Origin: Octopus sinensis
Taxonomy: Eukaryota
Direction of reading: 5' to 3'
NCBI RefSeq assembly: GCF_006345805.1
Contig: NC_043009.1
Coordinates: forward strand, 54,932,001 to 54,996,000
Length of the DNA stretch: 64,000 nt
Shown here: positions 38,608-51,470 of the stretch, one piece after another
Position numbering within the stretch: the stretch's first letter is position 1
Layout: every line of letters begins with the position of its first letter
Position numbers and translations under genes: made by a program
Notes under the pieces: model-generated
What the model was told of the DNA's origin: nothing
Seen by the model: only the letters and a program-made list of their open reading frames with translations
The model's database searches: none

Positions 38608-39380
38608 CTGTAGAAACATTATACAATTGGCAAACGGTGGTCATCGGGGGAATAAAAGCAATCAAATTCCTCTTCTGGTGTGGTCTTAGTGCATGTCTTT
38701 GTCCAGTGGAGACGGCAACACTACACCACTAGCTCACACATCCTATCTCCACAAACACAACCTAAACACAAACACAACATGCACAGTCATTTCTGTTAAC
38801 ATGCAATGCAGGGATATCTATTATATAGACACAGCCGTCAGAACAAGGAAATTAATCAGGCTAGCTGTGTATTATTCTTGCTATTTATTTAGATATTTAA
38901 TTGATTTTGATAATATGTTTGTACTATTTTTTATCATTTTTATTTCTGCTTTTTTTTTTTTTTTTTTCCTCGTCTTCCTTGTTATATTTCAAGAAGTTTG
39001 TCATACTTGAAAACTGAGCTGGATTCGAGGATGAAATAAAAGACAAAGATTTCAGAGTAGTTGTGGAAGATTGAAAACGTGATTCTTTTAAAAGAAACGA
39101 CAACAATAATTGTTCCTAACTTAGGTACAAGGAGAGCAATTTTGAGGGGAGACAAAGTAGTCAATACCATCAACTCCACTCCTTGACTGGTATGTTAGTT
39201 TATCAACACTGAAAGGATGACCTCAATGGAATTTAGATTCGGAGTGCAAGGAGTCAGAATAAACACTGCAAGGCACTTTTTTTCTTAATTAATCTCCTAA
39301 TTGTTTCTTATTAATTGTTTCTATTTTAGGCATAAGGTCAGCAATTTTGAGGGAAGATGGTATTAGTGAATCACACAGAC

Positions 39381-39641
39381 CAGTGGTTCTCAACCATTTT
39401 TTGCCTCTGGACCCCCTTTGATTCCTATTTTACTTGAGTGAACCCTCATAGCTATTTGCTGTATATATAAAAAAAAATCTTACTGTATTTTTATAATTAA
39501 ATATTATAAGGAATTGTATAAAAATTTTTTTTTTAATATTTGCTGTATTGTAGAACTATAACCAATTTATGGCACAAAAATTTTAACAAAATCTTATATG
39601 GATCCCCTAAGGGCCATATGGACTCCAGTTGAGGACCAGTG
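39381..39641. mobile_element. hAT (Charlie-like) MITE
   Basis: CAGTGGTTCTCAAC ... GTTGAGGACCAGTG imperfect TIR; degenerate 8-bp TSD ACACAGAC/ACATAGAT. Confidence 0.75.
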
Positions 39642-41147
39642 ACATAGATCTTAGTATGTACATGACTGGTACTTCGTTCTATCAACACTGAAAGAATGAA
39701 AGGCTAAAATAACCTGAGAGAGATTTGAATACAGAATGTAAAGAGCCAGAATTCTACATGGCGGCATTTTTTCCTAACGAATCAACCAAATTATGCCTGT
39801 AACTGTTTCTATTTTAGGCAGTAAGCCGGCAATTTTGAGGGGAGTGGGTACAAGTTAATGACCAAAAACCACAAGGCATTTTTCCAATGCTCTAATGATT
39901 TTGCCAGAACTCCACTCTTTATGATGTTTACCAATTTGGAATTAGGTAAGTAAGTTTCAAGGAGGGGGGTGTCAGTTGATATCATCAACCCACTGTGCAT
40001 GACTGGTAATTAATTTTACTGACCTCAAGAGGTGAAGTTGATACCAGTGGGATCTGAACTCAGAATGTAAATACAGCAATAATGATTTCAACTTTTGGCA
40101 CAGAGCCAGAACTTTTGGGGGGCTATTTGATCACATCAACCCAAGTACTTTACTGGTACTTAATTTATCAAACTCTGAAAGGATGAATGGCAAAGTTGAC
40201 CTCAGCAGGACTTGAACTCAGAATGTAAAGATGAATGAAATGCCACTAAACATTTTGCCTAGCATGCTAACTATTCTGCTAGCTCACCACTCTGATTGCT
40301 ACCGTCTAGCACTGAATATGAAGCTAAGTTGAGAGCTGCAGCCAGTGGGGTGACTGGTGGCGCTCTGGTAACAGCAGTCTTGTTTTGTTTTTGTTTTTTT
40401 GTTGCTGCCTCCCCTAACTATTTTAGTGCTTCTGAGAAGAAGGATCTCAAATGGCTCAGACAGTCTATCATATAATAACCGAGCTTTCTGCCAATCAACA
40501 CCAACCTTAACAACTTTCTCTTTGCAATCAAAATAGGACACAGTTCCAGGATTATTCTGTGGTCTCTGGCCCCACCCAATCACAAGTCGTTCTCTGTCAT
40601 GTCAGTGTTCACCACTTACTTGCTTGCACAGTGTCAGAAATGCAACAAAAAGCCAAAAGGTCAACAATGCTATTAATATTCTTCACCATGATCCTTGTGT
40701 TGTATCCTCACAAAAACTAGGGGACCAATTTATTAGCAGGTGTTACATCAGTTTTGTTTTCTTGTCTTCTGCAGTTTTAAAGACCATATGCACACTTCCA
40801 TTTGTTTGATCATGATCAATAAAGGAAACACAGTTCTATACCTCACTTAAGGCCCTTGGGAATAATTGAAAACTCCCTCTCTTATTTGTTAAGCAGAGGT
40901 AAGGCACTTTCTTTCTTTCTTGATTAATCTTGTGTAAATCTCTCAGGCGAGGAAGTACATCCTTTAGTAACATACTGTTGCCAATATATATACTTTTTTT
41001 TTTGGCCGGTAGTTGATTAACGGCCAACATTTGATTTTGACCCAGCAAAAGATTTGTCATCAATAATGCTTTTGTTTGTGTCACATAATGTTTCCACTTT
41101 TTAAAATTGTGTTGCATTTTTATGTTGGCAAAACTTCTGCCAGTGTA

Positions 41148-41226
<79 letters not shown>

Positions 41227-41456
41227 CTATCTCTGTTTGTTTGTTTGTATCCTGTGTATATTCAATGTTAGTTTCCTTGGTGGTGGGGATTTCCTGCTGC
41301 TCAAGAACAACAGAAGGCCATATAGAAATCAGTGTTAACTTGAAATGAAAAATAAAATAGGTTTCAAAAGAAAAAGTAAGTTTTGCTTTTTGCATACCCT
41401 CAACTATTGGGATACACATTCATACATTTAAAAAGTCTCTGTGTTTGTAAAATAAT

Positions 41457-41684
41457 TTAATCCTTTTGTTACTAACCCAGCCAAAACCGGCTCTGGCTCT
41501 GTGGTAAAATGTCCTGCTTTCATAAGTTTTGAATTAAAATATTCCACCAAGCATGAGTCACAATTTATGTTCCAAACACTAGCTTAATGATAACTAAGTT
41601 ATTTTACAAAATTCTTTGTTATATTTAAAGTGATTGAAAGAAACACAGAGCATCTCAAAATAAATACAGTAATGAAAGGGTTAA
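41457..41684. mobile_element. piggyBac-type MITE, inverted sister of 7340-7568
   Basis: TTAA ends; interior is the reverse complement of the 7340 copy (ACTAGCTTAATGATAACTAAGTTATTTTAC). Confidence 0.85.
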
Positions 41685-43020
41685 GGAACAACAATTTTCA
41701 TTCAGGAAAACTTGGTAATAATCTGATTTCTTTAGAGTGATTTGAAGACTTGTCTCTTCACCACCAAAAGACTGGTGGTGGTGGTGGTGGTGATGTCGGT
41801 GAATGATGATGATGACAATGATGATAAAGTATTTTAGATCCATACAGTGCAATGAAGAAATAATAAAAATAATTGTTATTAGTTATAAATCAAGCCCAAA
41901 GTCACATGTTTTGGAGGACAAGCATATGGTTGATTAAACTGACATCAGAATTACTTTGTTTTATTGGCCTTCGTAGGATGAAAGACATAAATCATCATTG
42001 AAAGGATTGGATATTCAACACCTAAGGGACCTAACTAAACAGATGAGACATTTTGCCTGTTGCTCTACCAGTTCTTCTAAATCGCATGATTGAATGAATG
42101 GATGAATCAGAAGGTTGTGGAAGGTCTGCAGATACAGAATGATATTCAAAGAATGAGAAATGATTTGGGTAGCATAAAAAAAATAAAATAAAATAAAAAG
42201 AAATAAAGAAATAAAGTAATTAATAAGTGGTAATTTGTAACTAGCTTAATAGTAATTAGTTAAAATAGTAAATACTGAATGGAATCATTCATTATGAACA
42301 GAGAATGTTGAACAGGAGTGAGTCCATGAACAGAGAATAAAAGGCAGCCAGCAAATAGTTCCATAAACAGCAGGTGATGAACAGTTAGTTAGTGAACAGT
42401 AACAGGTTAATGTATGAGCCAATGAAATATTCCATTTGCCATGCCACTGGTTAGCCAAGTTGAGGTGAAACAACCAAGTGTGTACTGGATTATACCTTGT
42501 TATTTGAAATTATTGCATTGTGTTTTTGGACAGTATACTTCATTCTACATGCTTCGGTTATTCAGCAGAAACAGCTACCAGATTATTTGCAAATTTCCCC
42601 CAGTGATACATTGGATTAGATGCATAATGTAGTGGTTAGGGGTATTGAGCTCATAGGTGTTAGGTCTTCTGATTTTTGAGTAAGCCACTGCATTTCATAC
42701 TGTTCCAGAACACTTGATAGAAAATGAGTACAAGTGCCATCTGGGAGTTAATTCTGCAACAGACTAGCATTCCATTCTGGGTCAGTCTTGTACTCCCAGT
42801 ATAAACAAGTTGAAAATCTGAATAATCTCAAATAAATTGACCCTGTAATTTCTTTAAAAGCCTGATACTTATTCTGTCAGTCTTTTTTATCAAACTGTTA
42901 AGTTACCAGTATGTAAACAAACCAGAATCAGTTACCAAGCAATGAAGGAAACAAAGACACACATATAGATATATGTATATACATATACACATATATACAT
43001 GCACGCACACACACACATTT

Positions 43021-43560
43021 ATCATCATCATCATCGTTTAACATCCGCTTTCCATGCTAGCATGGGTCGGACGATTTGACTGAGGTCTGGCGAACCAGAT
43101 GGCTGCACCAGACACCAATCTGATCTGGCAGAGTTTCTACAGCTGGATGCCCTTCCTAACGCCAACCACTCCGAGAGTGTAGTGGGTGCTTTTATGTGCC
43201 ACCGGCACGAGGGCCAGTCAGGCGGTACTGGCAACGGCGACGCTCAGATAGTGCTTTTTATGTGCCACCACAAGAGCCAGTCCAGCAGCACTGGCAATGA
43301 CCTCACTCGAATGTTTTTTCATGTGCCACCACAAGAGCCAGTCCAGCAGCACTGGCAATGACCTCGCTCGAATGTTTTTTGATGTGCCACCAGCACAAGT
43401 GCTAGTAACGTGACACAGGTAACGATCACACTCGAATGGTGTTTTTAATGTGCCATCAGCACAGAGGCCAGCTTGTTGCTCTGGCAACGATCTCACTCAG
43501 ATGGTACTCTTAGTGCTTCACTAGCACAGATGCTAGTCACCAAATTTGATTTTGATTTCG
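43021..43560 (-). mobile_element. Family C element, longest copy, 5-6 array units
   Basis: ATGTGCCA unit starts at 43194, 43260, 43321, 43382, 43448 (periods 66, 61, 61, 66); (TGA)n tail at 43021-43035. Confidence 0.9.
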
Positions 43561-44472
43561 AATGAAATCGAAATTTATATATACATATATATATATGTAC
43601 AAACACACAAATACACAACAGGCTTCTATTCAGTTTCTGCTTACAAAATTCATTCAGAAGGCATTGGTTGATCTAGGGTTACAGTAGGATTGAACCCAAA
43701 ACCACATGGTTGTAAAGCAACCTTCTTAACCACATAACCATGCCTGCACCTATTATGTAATGTTTTGCAAGAACACACATAGCTTTCCGTATTCTGTAGA
43801 GAAATAGAACTGGTACTTCATAATCCTAATTGCATGTTTCTATCGCTGAATAACTGTCATATATGAATGAAACAAAAACAACAAACTGCAGTAGTTCCAG
43901 CTGCTGCCAGCCACAGTCACCACCGATACTACTACCACTGCTACTATCAGCACTGTTGCCACTACCATTGCTGTCACCAACAACACCAAGATATAAAATA
44001 AAGCATTAAATAAAACCATCTTTTATAAGTGATGGCATTTATAAATAATAATTAGGAGTGTCAGCATAATTACACTGATGAAGCATCAGAGATGACAAGC
44101 TGCATAATAATAAAAACAACAAAAATTTTTTAATAATAATAATAATAATTTAAATTTACATCTGTGTAAATAATTCACTTATAAAGCAAACTGGATTTGC
44201 AACACAGATTCAACTCCCACTCATAGCCTATTCACTTATTCTGAAAGACAAAAAGACAAAAAAAAAATAAAAAATAAAACTGTCCTTGAGAAAGGTACAA
44301 ATGCCACAAACCAGTCACCTGGTTTCATACCACTACCATAATCACCATCAAGCCATTTGTGTGCTTCTAACAGAATCCACCCTGTTACAAATATTCAAGT
44401 CACACAAGTTTCTAGTCTGATGATAACTGATCAGCCCATGCTATTTTTATTTTTATGAATATATTTTATATA

Positions 44473-44526
<54 letters not shown>

Positions 44527-45278
44527 GTGGTACATCAGCACATAGATGCAAAAGAAGGTGGGGAAATAGTACTCCAATACCAATGGTTGAGTAATATGCT
44601 ATTTACTATTTTTTTTAAAATCAATTATCCAATCAGATTGAAATGCTTATTCATTGAACTGTAAAGACTATATTATGTAATACTATATATTTTGATGTAC
44701 CCCCATCTAGACATCATTGTCATACAAGTAAGGTTGTTCACAGACATTCTCCTGTGAGAAACATGTCTGGCCATGGGGAAACATTACCTTGCTTGGAAAC
44801 CCGTGGGTACAGGCAACAGGAAGAACACCTGGCTGTACAAAACCTGTCTCAACAAATTCCATATGAACCATGATGATAATGATATAGACTAACTTTGTTC
44901 ATGGTGAGGTGTATGCTTGCTTGTTGAAAAATTAAAATGGTGCATGGGCCAAAGAAAAATAAAAGCTTGAGAAACACTCACTTAGTTGAAGTGGGAATGT
45001 ACTTAACAGGGAAGCTTTTTATTTGGGAAGAAACATGCCACTGAAACAGTTGATGTTTTTTTGTTTTTTTAATTAAATAGGTCTACAAAGGACAGTAAGA
45101 TTGACTAAGGCAATAAAATACTGACCTAAATCAGAAATTCAGTGTTTTAGTTTTTTTCTTTATTCAGTTTGAATGCAAAACCCAGCAAGGTTAACTTAAC
45201 CTTTTGTTCCTCAAAGATTAATTTTAAAAGTTATGGTAATATAATAGGCTTTTAATTCAGTCTAGTAAAATAGTAAAA

Positions 45279-45310
<32 letters not shown>

Positions 45311-45640
45311 CAAATCTATCATGTGTATATATATATATATATATTATATATATATATATATATATATTGATTGCTTGTAGGGTCACAGCATTTCATTTTC
45401 CAACCATAATATACTAAAAAGTATATTATGGTTGCAAGGCAAAACAGTGTTGCTACCAGCAATTAATATGTACAATGCTTAAATAGTTGTCGGGAATGTA
45501 TTCAATGTACAAATTGGTCTATCCACTAGTGTTACACTGTTAAATTTAGTGGTTAATTAAGCAATGTATTCATGAATAGCTAATGGGTTGGATTTGGTGC
45601 TGAACAAAGAGCAATAACTCCTGAAGTATATATATATATA

Positions 45641-46000
45641 TCATCATCATCATCATTTAACGTCCGCTTTCCATGCTAGCATGGGTTGGATGATTTGACT
45701 GAGGACTGGCGAACCAGATGGCTGCACCAAGCTCCAATCTTGATCTGGCAGAGTTTCTACAGCTGGATGCCCTTCCTAACGCTAACCACTCCAAGAGTGT
45801 AGTGGGTGCTTTTATGTGCCACCGGCACAAGGGCCAGTCAGGCGGTACTGGCATCGGCCACGCTCAAATGGTGTTTTTTACGTACCACCTGCACAGGAGC
45901 CAGTCCAGTGGCACTGGTAACAACCTCACTCAAATGTTTTTTCACATGCCACCGGCACAAGTGCCAGTAAGGCGATGCTGGTAACGATCACGCTCAAATG
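45641..46000 (-). mobile_element. Family C element with 3 array units
   Basis: Same body, tail and units as 43021-43560. Confidence 0.9.
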
Positions 46001-48584
46001 TAATTAATTTTATTAATTACCTCTCCATCTTCTCCCCATTCCACAATATATAAATATATGAATCACGGTTTATATGGTTACCTTAGAGTTGAACTATATA
46101 TATATAGATAGATATACACCCATTACCTACTTTTCTATCTCCGATTGCATTGTTTACATAGATATATTCATATACAAAATGTTGTAACTTCTGGTGCTAG
46201 TTCTAAATATATAAATGTGTGTTTGCCCTTGCCTTGAGGTTACTGTAAACAAGGTATTACTGTCATTAAAGTGATGTTATTTGTTTCCAGTCTTCTGTAA
46301 TAAACATGACTGGCTATGGGGAGATATGACTTTGTTTGGAAAGAGGTGAGGGTTAGCAACAGGAAGGGCACCCAGACATTCAAAATTTGCCTCAACAAAA
46401 ATTTTGTCTGACCCATGCAAGCATGGAAAAGTAGATGTTAAACAATGATGGTAGTAGTAAATCACGTGTGTGTGATTAAGAAGTTTGCTTCACAATCACA
46501 TTGCATGGTACAATAAATCTATTTATCACTCTAACATCACACAGCTACTGACTTATTTCGTTGACCATAGGACAATGGATAACAAAGCCAATCCACAGTG
46601 AAATTTTATATTGCAGACATGGAGCACCGAAATAAGCAACAGAATTTGTAATTCACACTGATTAGCTCTCTACCATCTGTGACTACTTCAGTAGACTCTT
46701 CTGAGTACTTCTCCGATTTAAGAGCACATTCCAATCAAACAGACCTCCGGTGCTTGCAATAAGGAAAACTGGCTCTTCAGTTATCATTGCTTATTTTGTT
46801 TTCCTTCTTCTTCTTCTTCTCTATGCTAGCATCAACAGCTGGATAACTGGCAGAAGGTGGTGGGGTGAATGAAATCCCCTTAAGTTCCCAATAGCAAAGC
46901 TATTTGCTAGCAATTACAAGGACAGAGAAAGTGTGGAAGGCGAGTGAGTGAGTCAGTGTGCGTGCATGTGTGTGTGGTGTGTGTATATATATTTTTGAGG
47001 TGCAGTGGAACTGTGTCAGTGACCAGGTTGCAGTTGTGCAACGAAAATTTTGGCGTTACATAAAATAGAAATAAAATTAAAAGTGAATTTAAGAGAGAGG
47101 TTTGTGTACTGCTAAATGGCTAGGATAGCTCTTCCACGATGTAACGGCTTCAGTTTCAACACACAGTCCCAGATTAAGTCACTTGCAAAGATGATGCCAA
47201 TTAAAAAGCTCCTCTGTCAGCTCAGGCAAAAAACACTCATACTGGTATCATGTAGAAAGCACCCATGCCAGTGCCACATTAAAACAGCACCTGTGCCAGT
47301 ACCATGTATAATAGCACCCAGCACACTCTGTAAAGGGGTTGGCATTAGGAAGGGCACCCAGCCATAGAATCCATGCCAAAACTGACTGGCACTTGATGCA
47401 ACCCTCCAGTTTGCCAGCCCCCATCAAACTATCCAACCCATGACAGCATGGAAAAACAGATGTTAAATGATGATCATGACATATATGTATCCTAAACATA
47501 TCCCTTTCTCTTTACCTTTCTCTCCCCTCCCTACAGCATGTCATTAACTCTTCCCTCCCCTCTTTTCTCTTACTTTTTTTCGCTTCTCCCTTTAACAATG
47601 CATTTGGCTTTATACATCTTTCTCCACTTCTTCCTCACACTCCTCCCCCTCTCACTTGTACTCCACCTCTCACTCACTCCACCTCTCTTACTAACAAAAG
47701 TATAACAGGTGAACGAACAAGTAGATTATTATACAGATTATAATGTTACACAAATTTATTTTCCCCAGCTATCAGAGTTAATTACTGAACATTAAAATCC
47801 CATTAGGTGTTATGAAACACTTACACTGACAAATATTTGAGAGTTTACCTTGAAGGTACCAAGGATCAGGTAAAGGTGAATCATGTAACTCAACAAAACC
47901 AACAAAGTTACATAAAATAAATTCTTCCAAATATATTAAAATCAAATTGAAAGATTTTTGAGAAAAAAACGAAATATCTACATCATGTTGTAAACATAAT
48001 TGAGTGCATCTGGTTCAGAAAAAAATGATAGATGTTCCTGCTCCAGGTCAGCTTTGATCCACTAACTGATTATAAAAGTTGTTCCAGCTGTGACCATTCT
48101 GTTTTCGAGTTATATGTTTCTTTGTTTTCTGTATCTCAGACTAAATTTGTTTCTAAAATAATTAAGTTTGACTTGAATGAGAGTTGGCAGCAAAACCCAG
48201 CTGGTCAAGTATCTGCACAGAGCTCACTCATTGGCTAAAAGATGACAGAGGATGAACCAGACTATTGTTTATCTTTTGCTTGTTTCAGTCATTAGACTAC
48301 AGCCATGCTGGGGCACTGCCATGAAGAACTTTAGTCAAACAAATCAACTCCAGTACAGTAATACTTCACTTTACGAGGAACTGCTTTACAAGCATACTCT
48401 TGGAATGAATTAACTCATATATCAAGGCATTACTGTACTTATTTTTTTAAGCCTAGTACTTATTCCATTGGTCTCTTTTGCCAAACCACTAAGTTACAGG
48501 GATGGAAACAAACACAGACAAAAACACACACACACACACACACACACATACACACACACACACAACAAGCTTTTTTCAGTTTCC

Positions 48585-48823
48585 TTATTTCTTTATTGCT
48601 CACAAAGGGCTAAACATAGAGGGGACAAACAAGGACAGACAAAGAGATTAAGTCGATTACATCAACCCCAGTGGATAACTGGTACTTAATTTATCAACCC
48701 CAAAAGGAAGAAAGGCAAAGTCGACCTCGGCAGAATTTGAACTCAGAACGTAACGGCAGACGAAATACCACTAAGCATTTCGCACAGCGTGCTAACATTT
48801 CTGCCAGCTCACTGCCTTGTTTC
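48585..48823 (-). mobile_element. Family B SINE nested in a family A SINE (host about 48285-48915)
   Basis: 17-bp TSD AGCTT(T/C)TTTCAGTTTCC at 48568-48584 and 48824-48840 (1 mismatch). Confidence 0.9.
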
Positions 48824-49389
48824 AGCTTCTTTCAGTTTCCATCAACCAAACCCACTCACAAGTCTTTGGTCAGCTCAAAGCATAGAAGACATTTGCAAAG
48901 GTATCATGCATAGGCAAGGAACATCAATTTCAAACTCAAAACAATGTGTGTGTGTGTGTGTGTGTATTCTTTTTATTCTACCACCACAACACAACTACCA
49001 CTATATAATGATACCTATACATATTTATGTTTGAGTATAATAATAATAATGATAATCCTTTCTACTAAAGGCACAAGGCCTGAAATTTGTGGGGAGGGGA
49101 CTAGTCAATTACATCCAAAAGGATGAAAGGCAAAGTTGACTTCGGCAGAATTTGAACTCAGAACATGATGACGGACGAAATACTGCTACGCATTTTGCCC
49201 AGCATGCTAACGATTCTGCCAGCTCACTGCCTGTAATTCCTTGAGAACTATCATAACAAGCATAGAAATCTTTGACAGTAAGCCATATTCATGTACCCTG
49301 AAATTACTGGACATTTAAAAAAAATTTTTCCTGTAGTTTCAAGCTTTCTGTAGCATATGTCACTGTGGAACATGAATCTCCAGTTCTAT

Positions 49390-50600
49390 CATTCTAATAG
49401 AGTACTAGGTTCAAACAATATTAGCATCAACTGTGGCAATTTCCAAGGTGACTCACTTTCAGCAAAGAAAAAAGCACATGAACAACCGGCTGGTAGGTGG
49501 GAGCAGAAAGCTCTGCATGGCAAATACATGGCTTGTACCAAACAAGCTGATGTTGACCAGAAGCACACCCACCAGGGGCTATGAAGCTCAGGGCTAAAAG
49601 CAGAAAGTGAAGGCTTCATTTTAGCTATTCAAGACCAAAACTTATTACCTTGTTATCTTTTAGCAAACAAATGTCTGATTCTACAATGGTGAGATTGAAA
49701 CAATGGATCACAATCTCTGGATGTAAAGTTTCATCACCATGTAGAGTATAAATCAAAACATGTCAGAGTTGACCGATATCCACATTGGTTAATATGTCAG
49801 CATTATGAAATTGTTGAAAAGTGGTATCAGCATCACCCTGGGACGGTAACTGAAGAAGAAAATGTAATTATTTCTTTGGGACTTTCCTGTACATACAGAC
49901 ATAACTGTCAATACTAATAAACCAGATATTGTTGTAAAAGACCAAAATAATAAAGTCTCTTACTCTTTTACTTGTTTCAGTCATTTGACTGCGGCCATGC
50001 TGGAGCACCGCCTTTAGTTGAGCAAATCGACCCCGGGACTTATTCTTTGTAAGCCCAGTACTTATTCTATCGGTCTCTTTTGTCGAACCGCTAAGTGACG
50101 GGGATGTAAACACACCAGCATCAGTTGTCAAGCAATGCTAGGGGGACATATACGACAGGCTTCTTTCAGTTTCCGTCAACCAAATCCACTCACAAGGCAT
50201 TGGTCGGCCCGGGGCTATAACAGAAGACACTTTCCCAAGATGCCACGCAGTGGGACTGAACCCGGAACCATGTGGTTGGTTAGCAAGCTACTTACCACAC
50301 AGCCACTCCTGCGCCTATTTATTGATTAGTCTGTTTATTGATTAATATAAGCATCCCTTGTGATCATAATATTGCAGAAAAATGAATTTGGCAAAATCAG
50401 AAAATATAAAAATCTGCTAATTGAAATCGAAAGAAAAGTGACATCTCAAGGCAGTTTCAATACCAGTGAGTGTAGGAGCACTAGGAATGATCAAAAATGG
50501 AACTGGAAATTATTTGAGAATTATCTCTGGTATATCATCCCTGTAAGAAGTGCAAAGAATTGTTTTAACAAGTACATCACATGTTGTGAGAAAATTGTTG
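49390..50600 (+). mobile_element. Degenerate R4/Dong-clade LINE (RT motif, zinc knuckle, REL endonuclease), internally deleted and split by a SINE
   Basis: INCGNFQGDSLS; WEQKALHGKY...SGLKAESEGFILAIQDQ; decayed knuckle ETMDH.ISGC; KPDIVVKDQNNK / VCLLINISIPCDHNI..K.RKYKNL; IPVSVGALGMIK; EVQRIVLTSTSHVVRK; several frameshifts. Confidence 0.9.
49959..50318 (-). mobile_element. Family A CORE-like SINE, young, inserted in the R4 endonuclease domain
   Basis: CpG-rich, near-reference copy; AGTCT duplicated at 49954-49958 and 50328-50332. Confidence 0.92.
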
Positions 50601-51406
50601 CTGTGGGAACAACTTTCCACGTAATAATTTTTGTTTTTTACATAACTTTGTTTGATTTTGTAAATAAACAATCTCGTGTGTTTATTTTAATGGCCTATCA
50701 ATGTTTACGGTGCGTTTCTTTGCCCTAGGTGTCAGGAAGTCACCAGGCGAGAAATGGAAACAAAATTGAAGGAAGATGAAAAACACATAACACTAATAAC
50801 AATGTATCATGCAAGATAAGAAATAGAACTTAATACGACACAGAATATTGACAGATATCACATGAGGAGACAAATAACTTCCGTTCCGATATCAAAATAC
50901 AGACAGAAAAATCAATATTTTTATGATTCATTTTTGTGGAGGTGGGTGGGGGCGCAGAAGAGAACGAAAACAAAGAATAAAGAATCAGACAGTTTGAAAA
51001 TAGCCAGGAGGAGGAGGGAGTGGAGGAAGACAAGAAAGAAAGATGGAGTATTAGAGATAAAGACCAATTCAGAACAAAGGAAAATTGGGATGATGAAAAT
51101 GAAGCTGACTCTGGAGATGAATAAAGTTGTGTCGCAGTAGCCATAGCGATGATGAGGATGATGATGATGCAAATGTGACGGAATTTGAAAGATTTATCAA
51201 TCGAAAAAAATTTAGAGTGAAATAGTGTCTTTTATCTTTTACTTGTTTCAAGCCATTGGACAGCAGTACTTATTCTTTTGCTTAGTCTGGTACTTCTATC
51301 AGTCTCTTTTGCTGAGCATCTAAGTTATGGGGGACATAATTACATCAACACCAAATGTCAAGCAGTGAGTGGTGGTGCACAAACACACATATGCATGCAT
51401 ACATAT

Positions 51407-51469
<63 letters not shown>

Positions 51470-51470
<1 letters not shown>

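Noticed and set aside
40299-40583. 94-aa minus ORF in unique sequence
   Set aside because: No recognisable domain and no convincing splice-site pair; the length is within chance for an alternative-start ORF track.
43194-43510. CRISPR-like appearance of 61-66 bp periodic units
   Set aside because: Whole units are homologous with no unique spacers, there are no cas genes, and the context is eukaryotic retroelement DNA.
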